Shown: positions 1 to 12,598, counted from the first letter of the stretch. The stretch is 64,000 nucleotides of DNA from an uncultured Gammaproteobacteria bacterium (GCA_964383495.1 CAYLHG010000006.1:2214-66213); one strand, 5' to 3'. A program made the numbers and translations. Notes: generated by a model not told the origin, from the sequence alone.

Positions 1-499
1 TAAATAAAGACAAACAAAAAGCAGCGTAACGTTCCTGCGCATCTTGTACACGATAGGCTTTTCCTAATAATGGTGCGTGGAGCGTGACAATAGGCAATGC
101 TAACTGACGTTCAATCGCGTGCTCAAAATCCTCTGATATTTTCTCACCTGCTGCAGAGAATACTTTGATGCCATTGTCAGGATAAGGATTGTGCGAAGCA
201 CTCACTACCATGCCTGCCTGCGCCTTCAGATCACGTGTTAAAAATGCAATTGCAGGTGTGGGCATAGGCCCTAATAAACAAACATCTACGCCTGCAGCAG
301 CTAACCCCGCTTCGAGCGCAGATTCCAGCATATATCCAGAAATGCGTGTATCTTTCCCTATTACAACCCTTGCAGGGCCTTGCTGCGCCAATACACATCC
401 CACTGCCCAACCAAGTTTTAATACAAAATCCACAGTAATGGGAGCTTCCCCTACCGTGCCTCGAATGCCATCAGTGCCGAAATGTGTTTTATGCTGCAT
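1..499 (-). CDS. glmM: Phosphoglucosamine mutase GlmM, N-terminal part; gene continues beyond window start
   Basis: Reverse-complement translation from ATG at 499-497 gives [22 protein letters not shown]...[19 protein letters not shown]...VSASHNP, the canonical GlmM N-terminus with the phosphoserine loop; downstream of folP as in E. coli (ftsH-folP-glmM). Confidence 0.8.
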   Translation of the reverse strand, partial: MQHKTHFGTDGIRGTVGEAPITVDFVLKLGWAVGCVLAQQGPARVVIGKDTRISGYMLESALEAGLAAAGVDVCLLGPMPTPAIAFLTRDLKAQAGMVVSASHNPYPDNGIKVFSAAGEKISEDFEHAIERQLALPIVTLHAPLLGKAYRVQDAQERYAAFCLSLF

Positions 500-508
500 T
501 TTTGCCTC

Positions 509-1306
509 TTACGATATCGCCTGTAATACTTTGATCGCATCCTTCATTGCTCCTACGTCATGGGTGCGAACAATGTCTGCCCCATGCAATAAAGCGATAG
601 TGTGCGCTGTTAAGCTACCGTATAAACGTTCCTCAACTGGCTTATTGATCATAGCGCCAATCATCATTTTACGGGACATACCCACCAACAACCGACACCC
701 TAATGTCTTGAAAGTCTGTAAGGATTGTAACATTTTTATATTGTGTTGGAGTGTTTTTCCAAACCCAAACCCTGGATCTAATATCACTCTTTCTTTTTGA
801 ATTCCCGCTGCTTCACACGCTGCAAGACGATCTTTAAAAAAATCCATTATCTCTGATACAATATCAGTGTATTGAGGGTTCTCCTGCATGGTACAAGGCT
901 CCCCTTTTGCATGCATCAAACATACCTCTACGGTATTATTTTTAATAACAGATAATGCATCTTTGGCTTGTAACGCATAAATATCGTTAATCATCGTGGG
1001 ACCATAGGGTAACACCGCTTGCATCACCGCCGGCTTACATGTATCGATAGAAAATGGAATATGTTGATGTTGCAACCATGAGAGTAAAGGTATTAAACGA
1101 TCCAATTCTTCTTGAATAGAAATAGAGGTAGCACCGGGACGAGAAGATTCTGCGCCTATGTCAATGAGATCTGCGCCTTCTGTATATAAAATATCAATCG
1201 CTGTTTTTGCATGAGATAATGATTCTGAACGACTGCCCTCAAAAAAAGAATCCGGCGTTAAATTTAATACACCCATGATTTTCGGTGAAGGTGATAAGAA
1301 CCACAT
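509..1306 (-). CDS. folP: Dihydropteroate synthase
   Basis: ORF translation MGVLNLTPDSFFEG...DIGAESSRPGA...GFGFGKT motifs typical of DHPS; position between ftsH and glmM. Confidence 0.85.
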   Translation of the reverse strand: MWFLSPSPKIMGVLNLTPDSFFEGSRSESLSHAKTAIDILYTEGADLIDIGAESSRPGATSISIQEELDRLIPLLSWLQHQHIPFSIDTCKPAVMQAVLPYGPTMINDIYALQAKDALSVIKNNTVEVCLMHAKGEPCTMQENPQYTDIVSEIMDFFKDRLAACEAAGIQKERVILDPGFGFGKTLQHNIKMLQSLQTFKTLGCRLLVGMSRKMMIGAMINKPVEERLYGSLTAHTIALLHGADIVRTHDVGAMKDAIKVLQAIS

Positions 1307-1309
1307 TCC

Positions 1310-3202
1310 CTACTCCGTTTGATACTGTGATTTTTCTATCGTGTCACTATCATAATGAATCGGATGATCGTCATATTGAGGCGCCGGGCGTACTGGTCTA
1401 TCTTCCATGATGTCCTGAATTTGCTCAGCATTTAATGTTTCATATTGTATCAATGCTTCAGCCATGACATGAAGTTTGTCTACATTATTTTTCAAAATAT
1501 TGTAAGCCACGTGATAATTTTCGTCAATTAATGCCCGTATTTCAGCGTCAATCGCACGCGCCGTTTCTTGCGACATTTCCTTATGCTTAGTCACACTGTG
1601 GCCTAAAAACACTTCACCTTCATCCTGGCCATAGGCAAGCGGCCCCATGACATCTGATAAGCCCCATTTTGTTACCATATTGCGGGCCAATTCAGTGGCT
1701 TTTTCAATATCGTTAGATGCGCCTGTGGTGATAGCGTCTTTGCCGAAAATTAACTCTTCTGCAATACGCCCGCCAAACAATGAAGCAATTTGGCTTTTTA
1801 ACCGTTGTTTAGAATAACTATAACGATCTTGCTCTGGTAAATGCATGGTTACACCCAAGGCGCGACCACGCGGAATAATAGTCACTTTATAAACAGGATC
1901 ATGCTCTGCAACCAAGCGCCCCACAATGGTATGGCCAGCCTCGTGGTAAGCTGTCAATTTTTTCTCCGCTTCCGTCATCACCATAGAGCGACGTTCCGCT
2001 CCCATTAAAATCTTATCTTTCGCTGCATCCATTTCTTTCATAGAAACGGTTTTACGCCCTTGGCGTGCAGCCATCAACGCTGCTTCATTAACCAAATTCG
2101 CTAAATCCGCACCCGAAAAACCCGGCGTACCTCGTGCAATCAGCACTGGGTTAATGGAAGAATCAGTCATCACTTTCTTTAAATGAACATTTAAAATGGC
2201 TTCGCGGCCTTTAATATCAGGCAATGGCACAACCACTTGGCGATCAAAGCGACCGGGGCGTAACAATGCTGGATCTAATACGTCAGGGCGGTTCGTGGCA
2301 GCAATCACAATCACGCCTTCGCCGCCCTGGAAGCCATCCATTTCAACCAATAATTGATTTAATGTTTGCTCACGTTCATCATGCCCACCACCTAACCCAG
2401 CACCACGATGACGTCCCACAGCATCAATTTCATCAATAAAGATAATACAAGGCGCCCGCTTTTTGGCCTGCTCAAACATATCGCGCACACGAGAAGCGCC
2501 CACACCCACAAACATTTCCACAAAATCTGAACCAGAAATGGTGAAAAAAGGCACATTTGCTTCACCCGCAATCGCGCGAGCTAACAAAGTCTTACCTGTT
2601 CCTGGGGGACCCACCATCAACACACCTCGTGGAATCCGTCCACCAATATGCTGAAATTTGGCAGGGTCTTTTAAAAAATCAACCAATTCTTGTACTTCTT
2701 GTTTTGCTTCATCTGCACCCGCAACATCTGCAAAAGTAACCTTCACTTCATCTTCGCCTAATAACCTTGCGCGGCTTTTACCGAAAGACATCGCTCCGCC
2801 GCGGCCGCCTTGCATTTGTCGCATGAAAAAAATCCACACACCAATAAACAATAAAATAGGGAACCAATTCAAAAAGACTTGCATGAAGAAACTCGTTTCT
2901 TCAGGTGGTTTGCCTTGAATATCTACATCATTTTTGAGTAAGTCACTGATTAACCCTGTATCTTCCATAGGCATATACGTATTAAAACGTTGATCATTGC
3001 GCGTTATTCCTTGGATAGTGCGTCCATCCACCACCACTTCTTTTATTTCCCCTTGATTAACCATTTTTAAAAATTCAGAATAATCATAACGTGTTTGCGC
3101 GCCACCACGTTGCCCAAAATTACTGAACACAGACATCAATACTGCTGCGATGATAAGCCATAAAAAAAGATTCTTAATAATATCGTTCAAAATATCCTCC
3201 AC
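1310..3202 (-). CDS. ftsH: ATP-dependent zinc metalloprotease FtsH
   Basis: Walker [12 protein letters not shown] and HEAGH zinc motif, two N-terminal TM helices; GTG start at 3202. Confidence 0.95.
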   Translation of the reverse strand: MEDILNDIIKNLFLWLIIAAVLMSVFSNFGQRGGAQTRYDYSEFLKMVNQGEIKEVVVDGRTIQGITRNDQRFNTYMPMEDTGLISDLLKNDVDIQGKPPEETSFFMQVFLNWFPILLFIGVWIFFMRQMQGGRGGAMSFGKSRARLLGEDEVKVTFADVAGADEAKQEVQELVDFLKDPAKFQHIGGRIPRGVLMVGPPGTGKTLLARAIAGEANVPFFTISGSDFVEMFVGVGASRVRDMFEQAKKRAPCIIFIDEIDAVGRHRGAGLGGGHDEREQTLNQLLVEMDGFQGGEGVIVIAATNRPDVLDPALLRPGRFDRQVVVPLPDIKGREAILNVHLKKVMTDSSINPVLIARGTPGFSGADLANLVNEAALMAARQGRKTVSMKEMDAAKDKILMGAERRSMVMTEAEKKLTAYHEAGHTIVGRLVAEHDPVYKVTIIPRGRALGVTMHLPEQDRYSYSKQRLKSQIASLFGGRIAEELIFGKDAITTGASNDIEKATELARNMVTKWGLSDVMGPLAYGQDEGEVFLGHSVTKHKEMSQETARAIDAEIRALIDENYHVAYNILKNNVDKLHVMAEALIQYETLNAEQIQDIMEDRPVRPAPQYDDHPIHYDSDTIEKSQYQTE

Positions 3203-3834
3203 TAGGGAACAGTATATGGCCTTTTATTTCTGGCCACCAAGTATACCTCACTTGATTGCGACCTAGAAGCTTTCGGCTTATAAATCTGCACTGTCTCATA
3301 TTGCTGCCGTATTTTTTTTAAAAACGCTTCAAATCCAGCACTATGAAACACTTTAATGCAAAACGCGCTACCCTCTTTTGCAATCTCTTGCACCGCCTCA
3401 AAACACATATCCCATAAGTATGCGGAACGTGAAGCATCAACACTTGCATTCCCCGAGATATTGGGCGCAATGTCTGATAAAACCACATCAGCCAACGCAC
3501 CCGCCATCCGCTCTTTAAGATCGGCCATCACAGCGGGATCTTGAATATCCCCTTGGATGCATTCAACTCCCAAAATGGGGGCGATGGGTAATAAATCAAG
3601 GGCATAGACCTTTCCTTTTTTACCCACCCAGCTTATGAGCAATTCGCTCCAACTGCCGGGCGCAGCGCCTAAATCAATAACCGTCATTCCAGGCTTAATA
3701 AGCTTATATTTTTCTTGGATTTCTTTCATTTTATAAGCGGCGCGCGAACGGTACCCATCTTTTTGAGCTTGTTTGACATAAGGGTCACTGAGATGTCGCT
3801 GCATCCACGCAGAAGAAGATTTAGAACGAGCCAT
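3202..3834 (-). CDS. rlmE: 23S rRNA (uridine2552-2'-O)-methyltransferase RlmE/FtsJ
   Basis: RSRAAYKL-like motif, [13 protein letters not shown]-binding motif; immediately upstream of ftsH as in E. coli. Confidence 0.9.
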   Translation of the reverse strand: MARSKSSSAWMQRHLSDPYVKQAQKDGYRSRAAYKMKEIQEKYKLIKPGMTVIDLGAAPGSWSELLISWVGKKGKVYALDLLPIAPILGVECIQGDIQDPAVMADLKERMAGALADVVLSDIAPNISGNASVDASRSAYLWDMCFEAVQEIAKEGSAFCIKVFHSAGFEAFLKKIRQQYETVQIYKPKASRSQSSEVYLVARNKRPYTVP

Positions 3835-3888
3835 AGATGTGGTACAATCTCCGAGTTGTTTTTCATATGATAAAGGTCGTATATTCAG

Positions 3889-4167
3889 ATGTCTACTTTA
3901 ACACAATCCGAACGTCAAATGCTGAGAGCCAAAGCGCATTCCTTAAAGCCTGTTGTGATGATAGGTGAAAAAGGCCTGACTGAGCCAGTTATTAAAGAAA
4001 TAGAGAGGGCTTTATTTGACCATGAGCTCATTAAGGTGCGCCTTGCAGCGCCTAGCCATGAAGCCAGAGATGCCATGATCGCAGCAATTTGCGAGGCTCA
4101 TCATGCTAAGCAAATCCAACGTATAGGGAATATATTGGTGGTTTATAAGAAGAGAGAGAAAGAGTAA
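3889..4167 (+). CDS. yhbY: RNA-binding protein YhbY (CRS1/YhbY domain)
   Basis: 92-aa protein with conserved YhbY fold signature (LTxxQRxxLRAxAHxLKPVVxIGxxGLT); divergent from rlmE as in E. coli. Confidence 0.8.
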   Translation: MSTLTQSERQMLRAKAHSLKPVVMIGEKGLTEPVIKEIERALFDHELIKVRLAAPSHEARDAMIAAICEAHHAKQIQRIGNILVVYKKREKE

Positions 4168-4169
4168 TC

Positions 4170-4235
4170 GTCTCGTCATTGCGAGCATAGCGGAACAATC
4201 TGGACAATAACGGTTTTGCTACGCTGCAATGACGC
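4170..4235. terminator. Imperfect long inverted repeat (CGTCATTGCGAGCATAGCG ... CGCTACGCTGCAATGACG) between convergent yhbY and csrA; probable bidirectional terminator
   Basis: Seen in sequence; about 16 bp stem with one bulge, located between two convergent stop codons. Confidence 0.35.
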
Positions 4236-4260
4236 GCCACCCTGGCTTAACAAGCCTTTC

Positions 4261-4452
4261 TTAGTTAGAATCGCCCTGCTTTTCTTGCTTCTCTTGCTGT
4301 ATCCGCGCATAAATTTCTTCACGGTGGACCGCTATCGTCTTCGGCGCGTCTACCCCTAGCCGGACTTGATTTCCCTTCACTCCAAGGACAGTAATACTTA
4401 CTTCGTCCCCAACCATTAACGTTTCGCCGACGCGACGGGTCAAAATTAGCAT
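4261..4452 (-). CDS. csrA: Carbon storage regulator CsrA
   Basis: [48 protein letters not shown] is near-identical to the CsrA consensus. Confidence 0.92.
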   Translation of the reverse strand: MLILTRRVGETLMVGDEVSITVLGVKGNQVRLGVDAPKTIAVHREEIYARIQQEKQEKQGDSN

Positions 4453-4648
4453 GTCAATCTCCTTAATAGTTTCCTCGGCCGAGTTTTAGTTCCCAGCTCA
4501 AGCTCTAAGTCTCCTACCAGCCTTTCCCTTACACAAAACCTTAAATCACGCAAATTATGCCCGTCTGGCATATGCCAAATAAGCACTACGATGAATTCAG
4601 GTAAAGACCAAGAAAACGTCAATCATTATCTAATGTTTACAGTATAAC

Positions 4649-5905
4649 TCATTTTGTGATAATTTGCCCACTTATTGTTTCTTTAATAGGTTCTTCGCCT
4701 AACTTAAACTCTGCATGCAACGCCCGAACACCTAATTCTAAATACTTCTCATCCACACCTACAGAAATTTTAATCTCAGAAGTGGTTACCATAATAATGT
4801 TTATATTTTCTCTACCTAATGTTGCAAACATTCGGCTTGCAATACCTGCATGCGAGCGCATACCAACGCCTACTAATGAAATTTTTGCAATACGAGGACT
4901 TCCATCTACACCCACTGCACCTAATTCTATGGCATTTTTACGCAACAAAGTTAGCGCTTTTTCGTAATCATTGCGATGTACAGTAAATGTAAAATCGGTA
5001 CGCCCTTGGTATGGGGCGTTTTGCACTATCATGTCCACATCGATGTTTGCATGACTTACAGGACCTAACAATTTTGCAGCAATACCAGGCTCGTCTGGAA
5101 TTCCCATCACGGTTACTTTTGCTTCATCACGACTAAATGCAATACCGGAAATTAATGCATATTCCATTTTTTTATCCTCTAAAGTAATCAACGTGCCCTC
5201 ATCGTCTGGCTCAAACGTTGAGCGCACCCGTAACGGAATTTTGTAACGTCCTGCAAATTCTACAGAACGAATTTGTAATACTTTCGCACCCAAAGAAGCC
5301 ATTTCTAACATTTCTTCAAACGTTACACGGCGCATTAAACGCGCGGAAGGTTCTACACGCGGATCTGTCGTATACACACCTTTCACATCTGTATAAATTT
5401 CACATTCATCGGCTTGCAACGCAGCGGCAATTGCCACTGCAGAAGTGTCTGATCCGCCACGTCCCAAAGTTGTTTTTTCACCTACTTCTGTTATACCTTG
5501 AAAGCCTGCAATAACGAGGATCTCTCCTTGATTGATATATTGACGCAGCCGTTCGCTATCAATAGATTCAATACGTGCTTTTGTGTGAACCGGGCTGGTG
5601 CGGATTGGAATTTGATCACCTGTTAATGACCGTGCACGAAGACCACGTTTTTGAAGTGCAAGGGCTAGCAGCGCTATTGAAACCTGCTCGCCTGTTGATA
5701 ACAACATGTCTGTTTCACGTGCATCAGGCTCGGGGCAAATTGCTTTAGCCATATTGAGTAAACGATCTGTCTCTCCTGCCATCGCAGATACAACAACCAC
5801 GACAGGTCCTTGTTTTGCACTTTGCGCAACAATATCAGCACAAGCTTCAATACGTTCAATGGTCGCCACAGAAGTGCCACCAAATTTTTTAACAAGAATA
5901 CCCAT
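4649..5905 (-). CDS. lysC: Aspartate kinase (monofunctional, with C-terminal ACT domains)
   Basis: KFGGTSV N-terminus, aspartokinase catalytic core and tandem ACT region; starts 10 nt after alaS stop. Confidence 0.85.
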   Translation of the reverse strand: MGILVKKFGGTSVATIERIEACADIVAQSAKQGPVVVVVSAMAGETDRLLNMAKAICPEPDARETDMLLSTGEQVSIALLALALQKRGLRARSLTGDQIPIRTSPVHTKARIESIDSERLRQYINQGEILVIAGFQGITEVGEKTTLGRGGSDTSAVAIAAALQADECEIYTDVKGVYTTDPRVEPSARLMRRVTFEEMLEMASLGAKVLQIRSVEFAGRYKIPLRVRSTFEPDDEGTLITLEDKKMEYALISGIAFSRDEAKVTVMGIPDEPGIAAKLLGPVSHANIDVDMIVQNAPYQGRTDFTFTVHRNDYEKALTLLRKNAIELGAVGVDGSPRIAKISLVGVGMRSHAGIASRMFATLGRENINIIMVTTSEIKISVGVDEKYLELGVRALHAEFKLGEEPIKETISGQIITK

Positions 5906-5915
5906 GCGTTGCCTT

Positions 5916-8513
5916 TTACATTCGTTCTTTTACCCAATCTACCACCGTGCCTAGTACCACTGGTAAACGTGCGTCTGCCACACCGCCGCCTTGCGCTAAA
6001 TCATTCCGGCCGCCGCCTTGGCCTCCCAACTGCTGTGCTAAAAATTTTACCAATGCCCCTGCAGGCCATTGTTCAGCACAATCGGGCGTTACTCCTACTA
6101 CCAAGTTTACTTTATTTTCTTGAGTCTGTGCCAAAACTACTACCCCTTTTTTAATCTTTTGGCGCCAGACATCAATCGCTTCCCGTAGCCCCTTGGCATC
6201 ACCGTCTGCTACTACCATTGTTAACACTTTGACATCACCCACTTCAATCGCTTGAGATAACGCATCGCTACCATGTGAAGTCATCAATTTTTGTTTCAAA
6301 GAACGTGTTTCGCGCTCCAATTCTTTATTTTTCTCTAACAATTGCTGCACTTTTTCGCATACAGCTTCACGGGGGGCTTTTAATAAAGCGGATAAATGAA
6401 GTAAATCTGCTTCTTGAGCCGCTACAATATCTAATGCTGCTTGCCCAGTAACCGCTTCAATACGACGCACACCTGCTGCAATGCCTGCTTCATTCAACAT
6501 TTTGAAAAACCCAATTTCACCCGCACGATCTACATGTGTTCCGCCGCATAATTCTTTAGAAAAGCCATTCGCCATTTCCAGCACACGTACTTTTTCATCG
6601 TATTTCTCGCCAAACAAAGCCATCGCGCCACTTTTCATGGCAGTTTCAATATCCATTTCCTCTAAATGTGATGGCGCATCTTCACGAATTTTTGTATTGA
6701 CTAACTGCTCAATTTCAACCCACTGCTCACGTGTTAATGGTTCACTGTGTGCGAAATCAAAACGCAATTTATCGGGCGCTACTAAAGAGCCTTTTTGAAC
6801 CACATGAGGACCTAATACTTGCCGCAAAGCTGCATGCAATAAATGTGTAGCAGAATGGTTCAAAACTGTCGCTTCGCGTGTTTTTGGATCAACATGTGTA
6901 CCCACTTCATCACCCACACGCAGGCTGCCTTTTTCTAAAACACCCACATGCATGTGAATTTTTTGTTGCTTGACCGTATCTTTCACGCGAAACAAAGCGA
7001 TTTTATTATCAATAATACCAATATCACCTACTTGCCCACCTGATGCTGCGTAAAAACTCGTTTTATCTAACACAAGCATGCCCGCTTCGCCTGCATTTAA
7101 TGTTTTTACGGGTTGCCCATTGACAAAAATGTCTGTGATTTTTCCTTGATCATCTAAGCATTCATAACCTGTAAATTCATTATGTCCCTGTACTATTAAA
7201 GGTTGACGATTATCTGCTTCGAACTGGCTTGCCGCACTCGAACGCTCTTTTTGCTGCTGCATTTCTAATTCGAAAGCAGCCATATCAATCGTTAAACCTT
7301 TTTCCCTCACAATATCTTGCGTTAAATCGACCGGGAAACCATAAGTATCATACAATTTAAATACAATTTCACCCGGCACTACGTTCGTTTTTAATGTTTG
7401 CAGCACTTCTTCTAACAATTTCATACCTTGCGTTAAAGTACGTGAGAATTGCTCTTCCTCTTGTTTCAATATTTTTGAAATAACCTTTTGTTCACGTGTT
7501 AATTCAGGGTAAGCTTCACCCATTGCTTTTACAAGACTTCCCACTAGTTGATACAAGAAAGGCTGTGTTGCACCCAAATGATGCCCATGACGTACGGCAC
7601 GGCGAATAATGCGACGAAGCACATACCCTCTTCCTTCATTAGAAGGACGAACACCATCCACAATTAAAAAGCTACATGAACGAATATGATCAGCGATTAC
7701 GCGCAATGATTTGTTGCTTAAATCATCAGCATTTAAAATTCGTGCAGCATCTTTAATCAAAATTTGGAATATATCGATATCATAATTATTATGAACGCCT
7801 TGCATAACTGCTGCGATTCTTTCACAGCCCATGCCCGTATCAACAGAAGGTTTTGGAAGTGGGTGCAATTTACCATCGGCAGTGCGATTATATTGCATGA
7901 AAACCAAATTCCAAATTTCAATATAGCGATCGCCATCTTCATCCGGCGTACCTGGAGGCCCGCCTGCAATGTGAGACCCATGATCATAAAAAATTTCGGT
8001 GCAAGGTCCGCAAGGGCCTGTATCCCCCATAGCCCAAAAATTTGAAGATTCGCCACAACGTGAAAAACGTGTGGGATCAATTTTCATGTCTTTCAGCCAA
8101 ATATCTTCCGATTCTTTATCTTCTTTATAAACCGTTATCCACAATTTTTCAGGTGGCAAACGCAATTCTTTTGTTAAAAATTCCCAAGCATAAGCAATGG
8201 CTTCTTTTTTAAAATAATCGCCAAAACTAAAGTTACCTAACATTTCAAAGAAAGTATGATGACGTGCGGTATATCCTACGTTCTCGAGGTCATTATGTTT
8301 TCCTCCTGCGCGAACACAGCGTTGTGATGTAGTAGCACGAACGAAGGGACGGTGTTCCTTGCCTAAAAAAACGTCTTTAAATTGCACCATGCCTGCGTTG
8401 GTAAAAAGCAAGGTAGGATCGTTTGCAGGGATCAAGGGGCTAGAAGGCTGGCGAGCATGGCCCTTCTTTTCAAAATAAGACAGAAAAAGTTCTCTTAAAT
8501 CATTAACTTGCAT
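5916..8513 (-). CDS. alaS: Alanine--tRNA ligase
   Basis: 865 aa; class II motifs, FxxLGNFSFGDYFK, editing-domain HxxxH/CGGTH motif, C-terminal DHHA1-like region. Confidence 0.95.
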   Translation of the reverse strand: MQVNDLRELFLSYFEKKGHARQPSSPLIPANDPTLLFTNAGMVQFKDVFLGKEHRPFVRATTSQRCVRAGGKHNDLENVGYTARHHTFFEMLGNFSFGDYFKKEAIAYAWEFLTKELRLPPEKLWITVYKEDKESEDIWLKDMKIDPTRFSRCGESSNFWAMGDTGPCGPCTEIFYDHGSHIAGGPPGTPDEDGDRYIEIWNLVFMQYNRTADGKLHPLPKPSVDTGMGCERIAAVMQGVHNNYDIDIFQILIKDAARILNADDLSNKSLRVIADHIRSCSFLIVDGVRPSNEGRGYVLRRIIRRAVRHGHHLGATQPFLYQLVGSLVKAMGEAYPELTREQKVISKILKQEEEQFSRTLTQGMKLLEEVLQTLKTNVVPGEIVFKLYDTYGFPVDLTQDIVREKGLTIDMAAFELEMQQQKERSSAASQFEADNRQPLIVQGHNEFTGYECLDDQGKITDIFVNGQPVKTLNAGEAGMLVLDKTSFYAASGGQVGDIGIIDNKIALFRVKDTVKQQKIHMHVGVLEKGSLRVGDEVGTHVDPKTREATVLNHSATHLLHAALRQVLGPHVVQKGSLVAPDKLRFDFAHSEPLTREQWVEIEQLVNTKIREDAPSHLEEMDIETAMKSGAMALFGEKYDEKVRVLEMANGFSKELCGGTHVDRAGEIGFFKMLNEAGIAAGVRRIEAVTGQAALDIVAAQEADLLHLSALLKAPREAVCEKVQQLLEKNKELERETRSLKQKLMTSHGSDALSQAIEVGDVKVLTMVVADGDAKGLREAIDVWRQKIKKGVVVLAQTQENKVNLVVGVTPDCAEQWPAGALVKFLAQQLGGQGGGRNDLAQGGGVADARLPVVLGTVVDWVKERM

Positions 8514-8682
8514 GATAATAGCCTCAGTTTAGACAAAATGGCGTTTGATATTGTACCATTCAATGAATTATCTGCGCTAATGCCACATTTGTTTTTCAAG
8601 AAATTGCCTAAGCGAATGCTAAGAATAGCAGCCCGTAGTCATTGCGAAGCAAAAAATGGTTATTTAATGCGATACATCCACT

Positions 8683-10263
8683 CTACTTCTCGCACGTTGC
8701 TGCAAATACAACATCAGACCACTTTTCTACCGCAATCTGCAAGTTTACTCGCGTCGGTGCTAAATAAGTTACTTGATCAGCGCCATCCACTGCTAAATAT
8801 TCATATGCTTTCTCTTGAAATAAAACCCATTGCTTTTCATCTACACAGGATACCCACCGTGCAGCATGTACATTGACTTGTTCATAAGCACATGTCACAT
8901 TGTATTCGCTTTTTAACCGCTCCTCGACCACATCAAACTGCAAAGCGCCTACCGCACCTAAAATTAAATCGTTGTTCCGTAAAGGGCGAAATAATTGTAC
9001 GGCACCTTCTTCTGATAATTGTACTAACCCTTTCTGCAATGCCTTGCGCTTCATCGGATCTTTTAATACCACACGCTTGAATAATTCTGGCGCAAAATGA
9101 GGAATACCGGTGAATTTTAAATTTTCACCTTCTGTAAAAGTATCGCCAATTTGGATAGTACCGTGATTATGTAATCCGATAATATCACCAGGATAAGCTT
9201 CTTCAATGTGAGATCGATCTTTTGCCATAAACGTTAAGGCCTGGCTGATCAACACTTCTCTTCCTAATCTCACCTGATGCATCTTCATACCTTTACGATA
9301 GCGACCAGAACATACTCGCATGAATGCAATACGATCACGATGCTGAGGATCCATATTCGCCTGAATTTTAAAAATAAAACCACTAAAAGGCTCTTCGCTT
9401 GGAGAAATTAATCTGGTTTTTGTTTCACGCGGCAACGGTGTAGGAGAATACTCGACAAATGCATCTAACAGCGACTCTACACCAAAATTATTGAGCGCTG
9501 ATCCAAAAAACACTGGCGTCATTTTCCCTTCTTTGAATAAAGCTTCATCAAACGTATGTGAAGCACCTTTCACTAATTCAATTTCTTCTCTAAATGCTTT
9601 CGCATCTTGTTCCCCTATAACATCCTCTAATTCAGTACTCTCTAATCCCTTCACTGTTTTTGATTTTTTAATTTCAGTGTTCTTTCCTGCTTCGTATAAA
9701 TAAATTTCATCATGCGTAATGTGATATATTCCTTTCAAACGAGAACCCATGCCAATCGGCCAAGTAATTGGTGCACATTTGATATTTAAAACAGATTCCA
9801 CTTCATCCAATAATTCAATCGGATCTTTTCCTTCGCGATCTAATTTATTAATAAAAGTAATAATAGGAGTGGTGCGCAAACGGCACACTTCCATTAATTT
9901 CACAGTACGCTCTTCAACACCTTTTGCAACGTCAATCACCATTAACGCCGCGTCCACTGCTGTTAATGTACGATAAGTATCTTCTGAGAAATCTTCATGC
10001 CCAGGCGTATCTAACAAATTAAACAAACAAGGACCGTAAGGAAATTGCATCACAGACGTTGCCACAGAAATACCGCGCTTCTGCTCCATTTCCAACCAAT
10101 CAGAGGTAGCCATACGAGAAGCTTTACGTCCCTTCACTGTACCGGCCATCATGATCGCACCACCGTATAGCAATAATTTTTCCGTGATGGTTGTTTTCCC
10201 CGCATCAGGGTGCGAAATAATAGCAAACGTACGACGTTTTTCTAATTCATTCAATATAGTCAT
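8683..10263 (-). CDS. prfC: Peptide chain release factor 3 (GTPase)
   Basis: [16 protein letters not shown]1 motif, DTPGHEDF G3 motif; 526 aa. Confidence 0.9.
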   Translation of the reverse strand: MTILNELEKRRTFAIISHPDAGKTTITEKLLLYGGAIMMAGTVKGRKASRMATSDWLEMEQKRGISVATSVMQFPYGPCLFNLLDTPGHEDFSEDTYRTLTAVDAALMVIDVAKGVEERTVKLMEVCRLRTTPIITFINKLDREGKDPIELLDEVESVLNIKCAPITWPIGMGSRLKGIYHITHDEIYLYEAGKNTEIKKSKTVKGLESTELEDVIGEQDAKAFREEIELVKGASHTFDEALFKEGKMTPVFFGSALNNFGVESLLDAFVEYSPTPLPRETKTRLISPSEEPFSGFIFKIQANMDPQHRDRIAFMRVCSGRYRKGMKMHQVRLGREVLISQALTFMAKDRSHIEEAYPGDIIGLHNHGTIQIGDTFTEGENLKFTGIPHFAPELFKRVVLKDPMKRKALQKGLVQLSEEGAVQLFRPLRNNDLILGAVGALQFDVVEERLKSEYNVTCAYEQVNVHAARWVSCVDEKQWVLFQEKAYEYLAVDGADQVTYLAPTRVNLQIAVEKWSDVVFAATCEK

Positions 10264-10266
10264 TGC

Positions 10267-11289
10267 TTACCACTCTAATACTACTTTGCCTGTACGGCCT
10301 GCTTTCATTTCATCAAATCCTTTTTGAAATTCATGATAAGGGTATTCATGCGTGATCACAGCATCTACATTCATCCCAGAGGTTAATAGACTCACCATTT
10401 TGTACCATGTTTCAAACATTTCTCTGCCATAAATACCTTTTACAACTAACCCTTTAAAAATAATTTGATTAAAATCAACAGACACAGTAGAAGGCGGAAT
10501 GCCTAACAACGCCACCTTGCCACCATGATTCATATGCTCAAATAACATCGTGATCGCTTGTGCATTTCCTGCCATTTCCAAGCCCACATCAAAACCTTCT
10601 TGCATGTTTAATTCATTCATCACATCGCGTAAATTTTCTTTTTGAACATTCACCGTGCGCGTTGCGCCCATTTTTTTCGCAATCGCTAAACGCCCCTCGT
10701 TAATATCTGTGATCACCACATGACGCGCACCCACATGTTTTGCAATAGTACATGCCATCATGCCGATAGGGCCAGCACCTGTGATCAATACATCTTCACC
10801 AACCAAATCAAATGATAATGCTGTGTGAACTGCGTTTCCTAATGGATCTAGCATCGATGCTACACGCTCAGAAATACCTGTTGGGATGGGATAAACATTC
10901 ACCGCAGGAATAGCAACATATTCTGCAAAACACCCTGGACGATTTACGCCTAACCCGATGGTGTGTCGACACAAATGGCGGCGCCCTGCACGGCAATTGC
11001 GGCAAGCACCACAGGTCAAATGCCCTTCACCTGAAACCAATTCCCCTACTTTTAACCCCGCCACATCTGAACCCAATGCTGCAATTTCACCTACAAATTC
11101 GTGCCCAATCACCATGGGAACGGGAATAGTTTTTTGAGCCCATTCATCCCAATTGTAAATGTGTAAATCTGTACCACACACAGAAGTGCGTTTCACTTTA
11201 ATTAATACATCATTGTGCCCAACTTCTGGCATAGGCACTTCTTCTAGCCACAGACCTTCTTTTGGATATTTTTTAACTAATGCTTTCAT
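10267..11289 (-). CDS. tdh: L-threonine 3-dehydrogenase
   Basis: Zn-dependent medium-chain dehydrogenase (GHEFVGEI, CGxCxxC structural zinc motif, GxGxxG); 4-nt overlap with kbl as in the E. coli kbl-tdh operon. Confidence 0.9.
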   Translation of the reverse strand: MKALVKKYPKEGLWLEEVPMPEVGHNDVLIKVKRTSVCGTDLHIYNWDEWAQKTIPVPMVIGHEFVGEIAALGSDVAGLKVGELVSGEGHLTCGACRNCRAGRRHLCRHTIGLGVNRPGCFAEYVAIPAVNVYPIPTGISERVASMLDPLGNAVHTALSFDLVGEDVLITGAGPIGMMACTIAKHVGARHVVITDINEGRLAIAKKMGATRTVNVQKENLRDVMNELNMQEGFDVGLEMAGNAQAITMLFEHMNHGGKVALLGIPPSTVSVDFNQIIFKGLVVKGIYGREMFETWYKMVSLLTSGMNVDAVITHEYPYHEFQKGFDEMKAGRTGKVVLEW

Positions 11290-12479
11290 GCAATGACTCC
11301 CAATGTTTTCCCTACGGTTGCAAACGCTGCAATCGCTTCATCTAATTCCTTTTTGGTATGGGCTGCAGACACTTGTGTTCGAATACGCGCCTGCCCATGA
11401 GGCACAACAGGAAAGAAAAATCCTATTACATACACACCGTGCGCTAATAAAGCTTGAGACATCGCCTGCGCTATCTGAGCTTCACCTAACATCACTGGAA
11501 TAATCGGATGTTCTCCTGGAATTAATGTAAACCCAGCTGCTTCCAAGCCTGCACGAAAATAACGTGCATTCTCGTGCAGTTGTTTCCGTAAATGCGCATC
11601 TTTTTCTAACAAATCTAACGCCGCCATGGCTGTTGCAACCACTAAAGGCGGCAAACTGTTTGAAAATAAATAAGGACGAGAACGTTGGCGCAACCATCCT
11701 ACAATTTCTTTACTGGCGGCTGTGTACCCACCCAACCCGCCACCTAGTGCTTTTCCAAATGTACCTGTTAAAATATCAACTTCTTTGATCACATCTGCAT
11801 ATTCATGCGTGCCGCGACCATGTTCACCCATAAATCCTACGGCGTGAGAATCATCAACACATACTAATGCATCATATTTTTTTGCTAAATCGCAAATCTT
11901 TTTCAGAGGTGCGATTGTTCCATCCATTGAAAACACACCATCTGTTACAACCAAACGAAACCGCGCGCCTGCTGCTTCTTTTAATTTTTCCTCTAGCATC
12001 TCCATATTATTATTTGAATAAACATAACGTTTGGCCTTGCACAAACGAATGCCATCAATAATACTGGCATGGTTTAAAGCATCACTAATAATCGCATCTT
12101 GCTCGCCCAGCAACGCCTCGAATAAACCGCCATTTGCGTCGAAGCATGATCCATATAAAATCACATCTTCTTTGCCCAGAAATGCTGCCATACGTTGTTC
12201 TAAGGCTCTATGCAAGTCAGTTGTACCGCAGATAAAGCGGACGGAAGACATGCCGTATCCATATTGGTCCAATGCGCGGTGCGCGGCAGCCACTAAGTTG
12301 GGATGATTGGCCAATCCCAAATAATTATTAGCGCACAAATTAATAACTTTTGCTCCATCTGCTACTTGAATGCGAGCACCTTGAGGAGAGGTTAACAAGC
12401 GTTCTGTTTTGAATACGCCCGCTTCTTTGAGCGTTTCAGTTTCTTTACTAAGGTGTGATGTAAATACGGAAGATAACAT
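11286..12479 (-). CDS. kbl: 2-amino-3-ketobutyrate CoA ligase (glycine C-acetyltransferase)
   Basis: PLP-dependent alpha-oxoamine synthase signature; start re-placed at ATG 12479 (MLSSVF..., RBS AAGGAG 7 nt upstream) rather than the longer ORF. Confidence 0.88.
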   Translation of the reverse strand: MLSSVFTSHLSKETETLKEAGVFKTERLLTSPQGARIQVADGAKVINLCANNYLGLANHPNLVAAAHRALDQYGYGMSSVRFICGTTDLHRALEQRMAAFLGKEDVILYGSCFDANGGLFEALLGEQDAIISDALNHASIIDGIRLCKAKRYVYSNNNMEMLEEKLKEAAGARFRLVVTDGVFSMDGTIAPLKKICDLAKKYDALVCVDDSHAVGFMGEHGRGTHEYADVIKEVDILTGTFGKALGGGLGGYTAASKEIVGWLRQRSRPYLFSNSLPPLVVATAMAALDLLEKDAHLRKQLHENARYFRAGLEAAGFTLIPGEHPIIPVMLGEAQIAQAMSQALLAHGVYVIGFFFPVVPHGQARIRTQVSAAHTKKELDEAIAAFATVGKTLGVIA

Positions 12480-12598
12480 GGAGTAATCTCCTTTCAAAGG
12501 GAAGCAAAATTGATGGGATTCTATCATTAATGAGGTGAAAACGTAAGTAAATTTCAGCCGAGAAATTGCCTGCGCGGAAACTTATTCAGTACTGCCCC

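Noticed and set aside
189-800. 203-aa plus-strand ORF
   Set aside because: Lies antisense across glmM and folP, both of which have strong homology signatures; low-complexity translation; spurious.
2224-2918. Several 60-90-aa plus-strand ORFs inside ftsH, and similar antisense ORFs inside alaS, prfC, dnaK, recN and the giant gene
   Set aside because: All are antisense to well-supported genes, lack RBSs and have biased or low-complexity composition; spurious overlapping ORFs.
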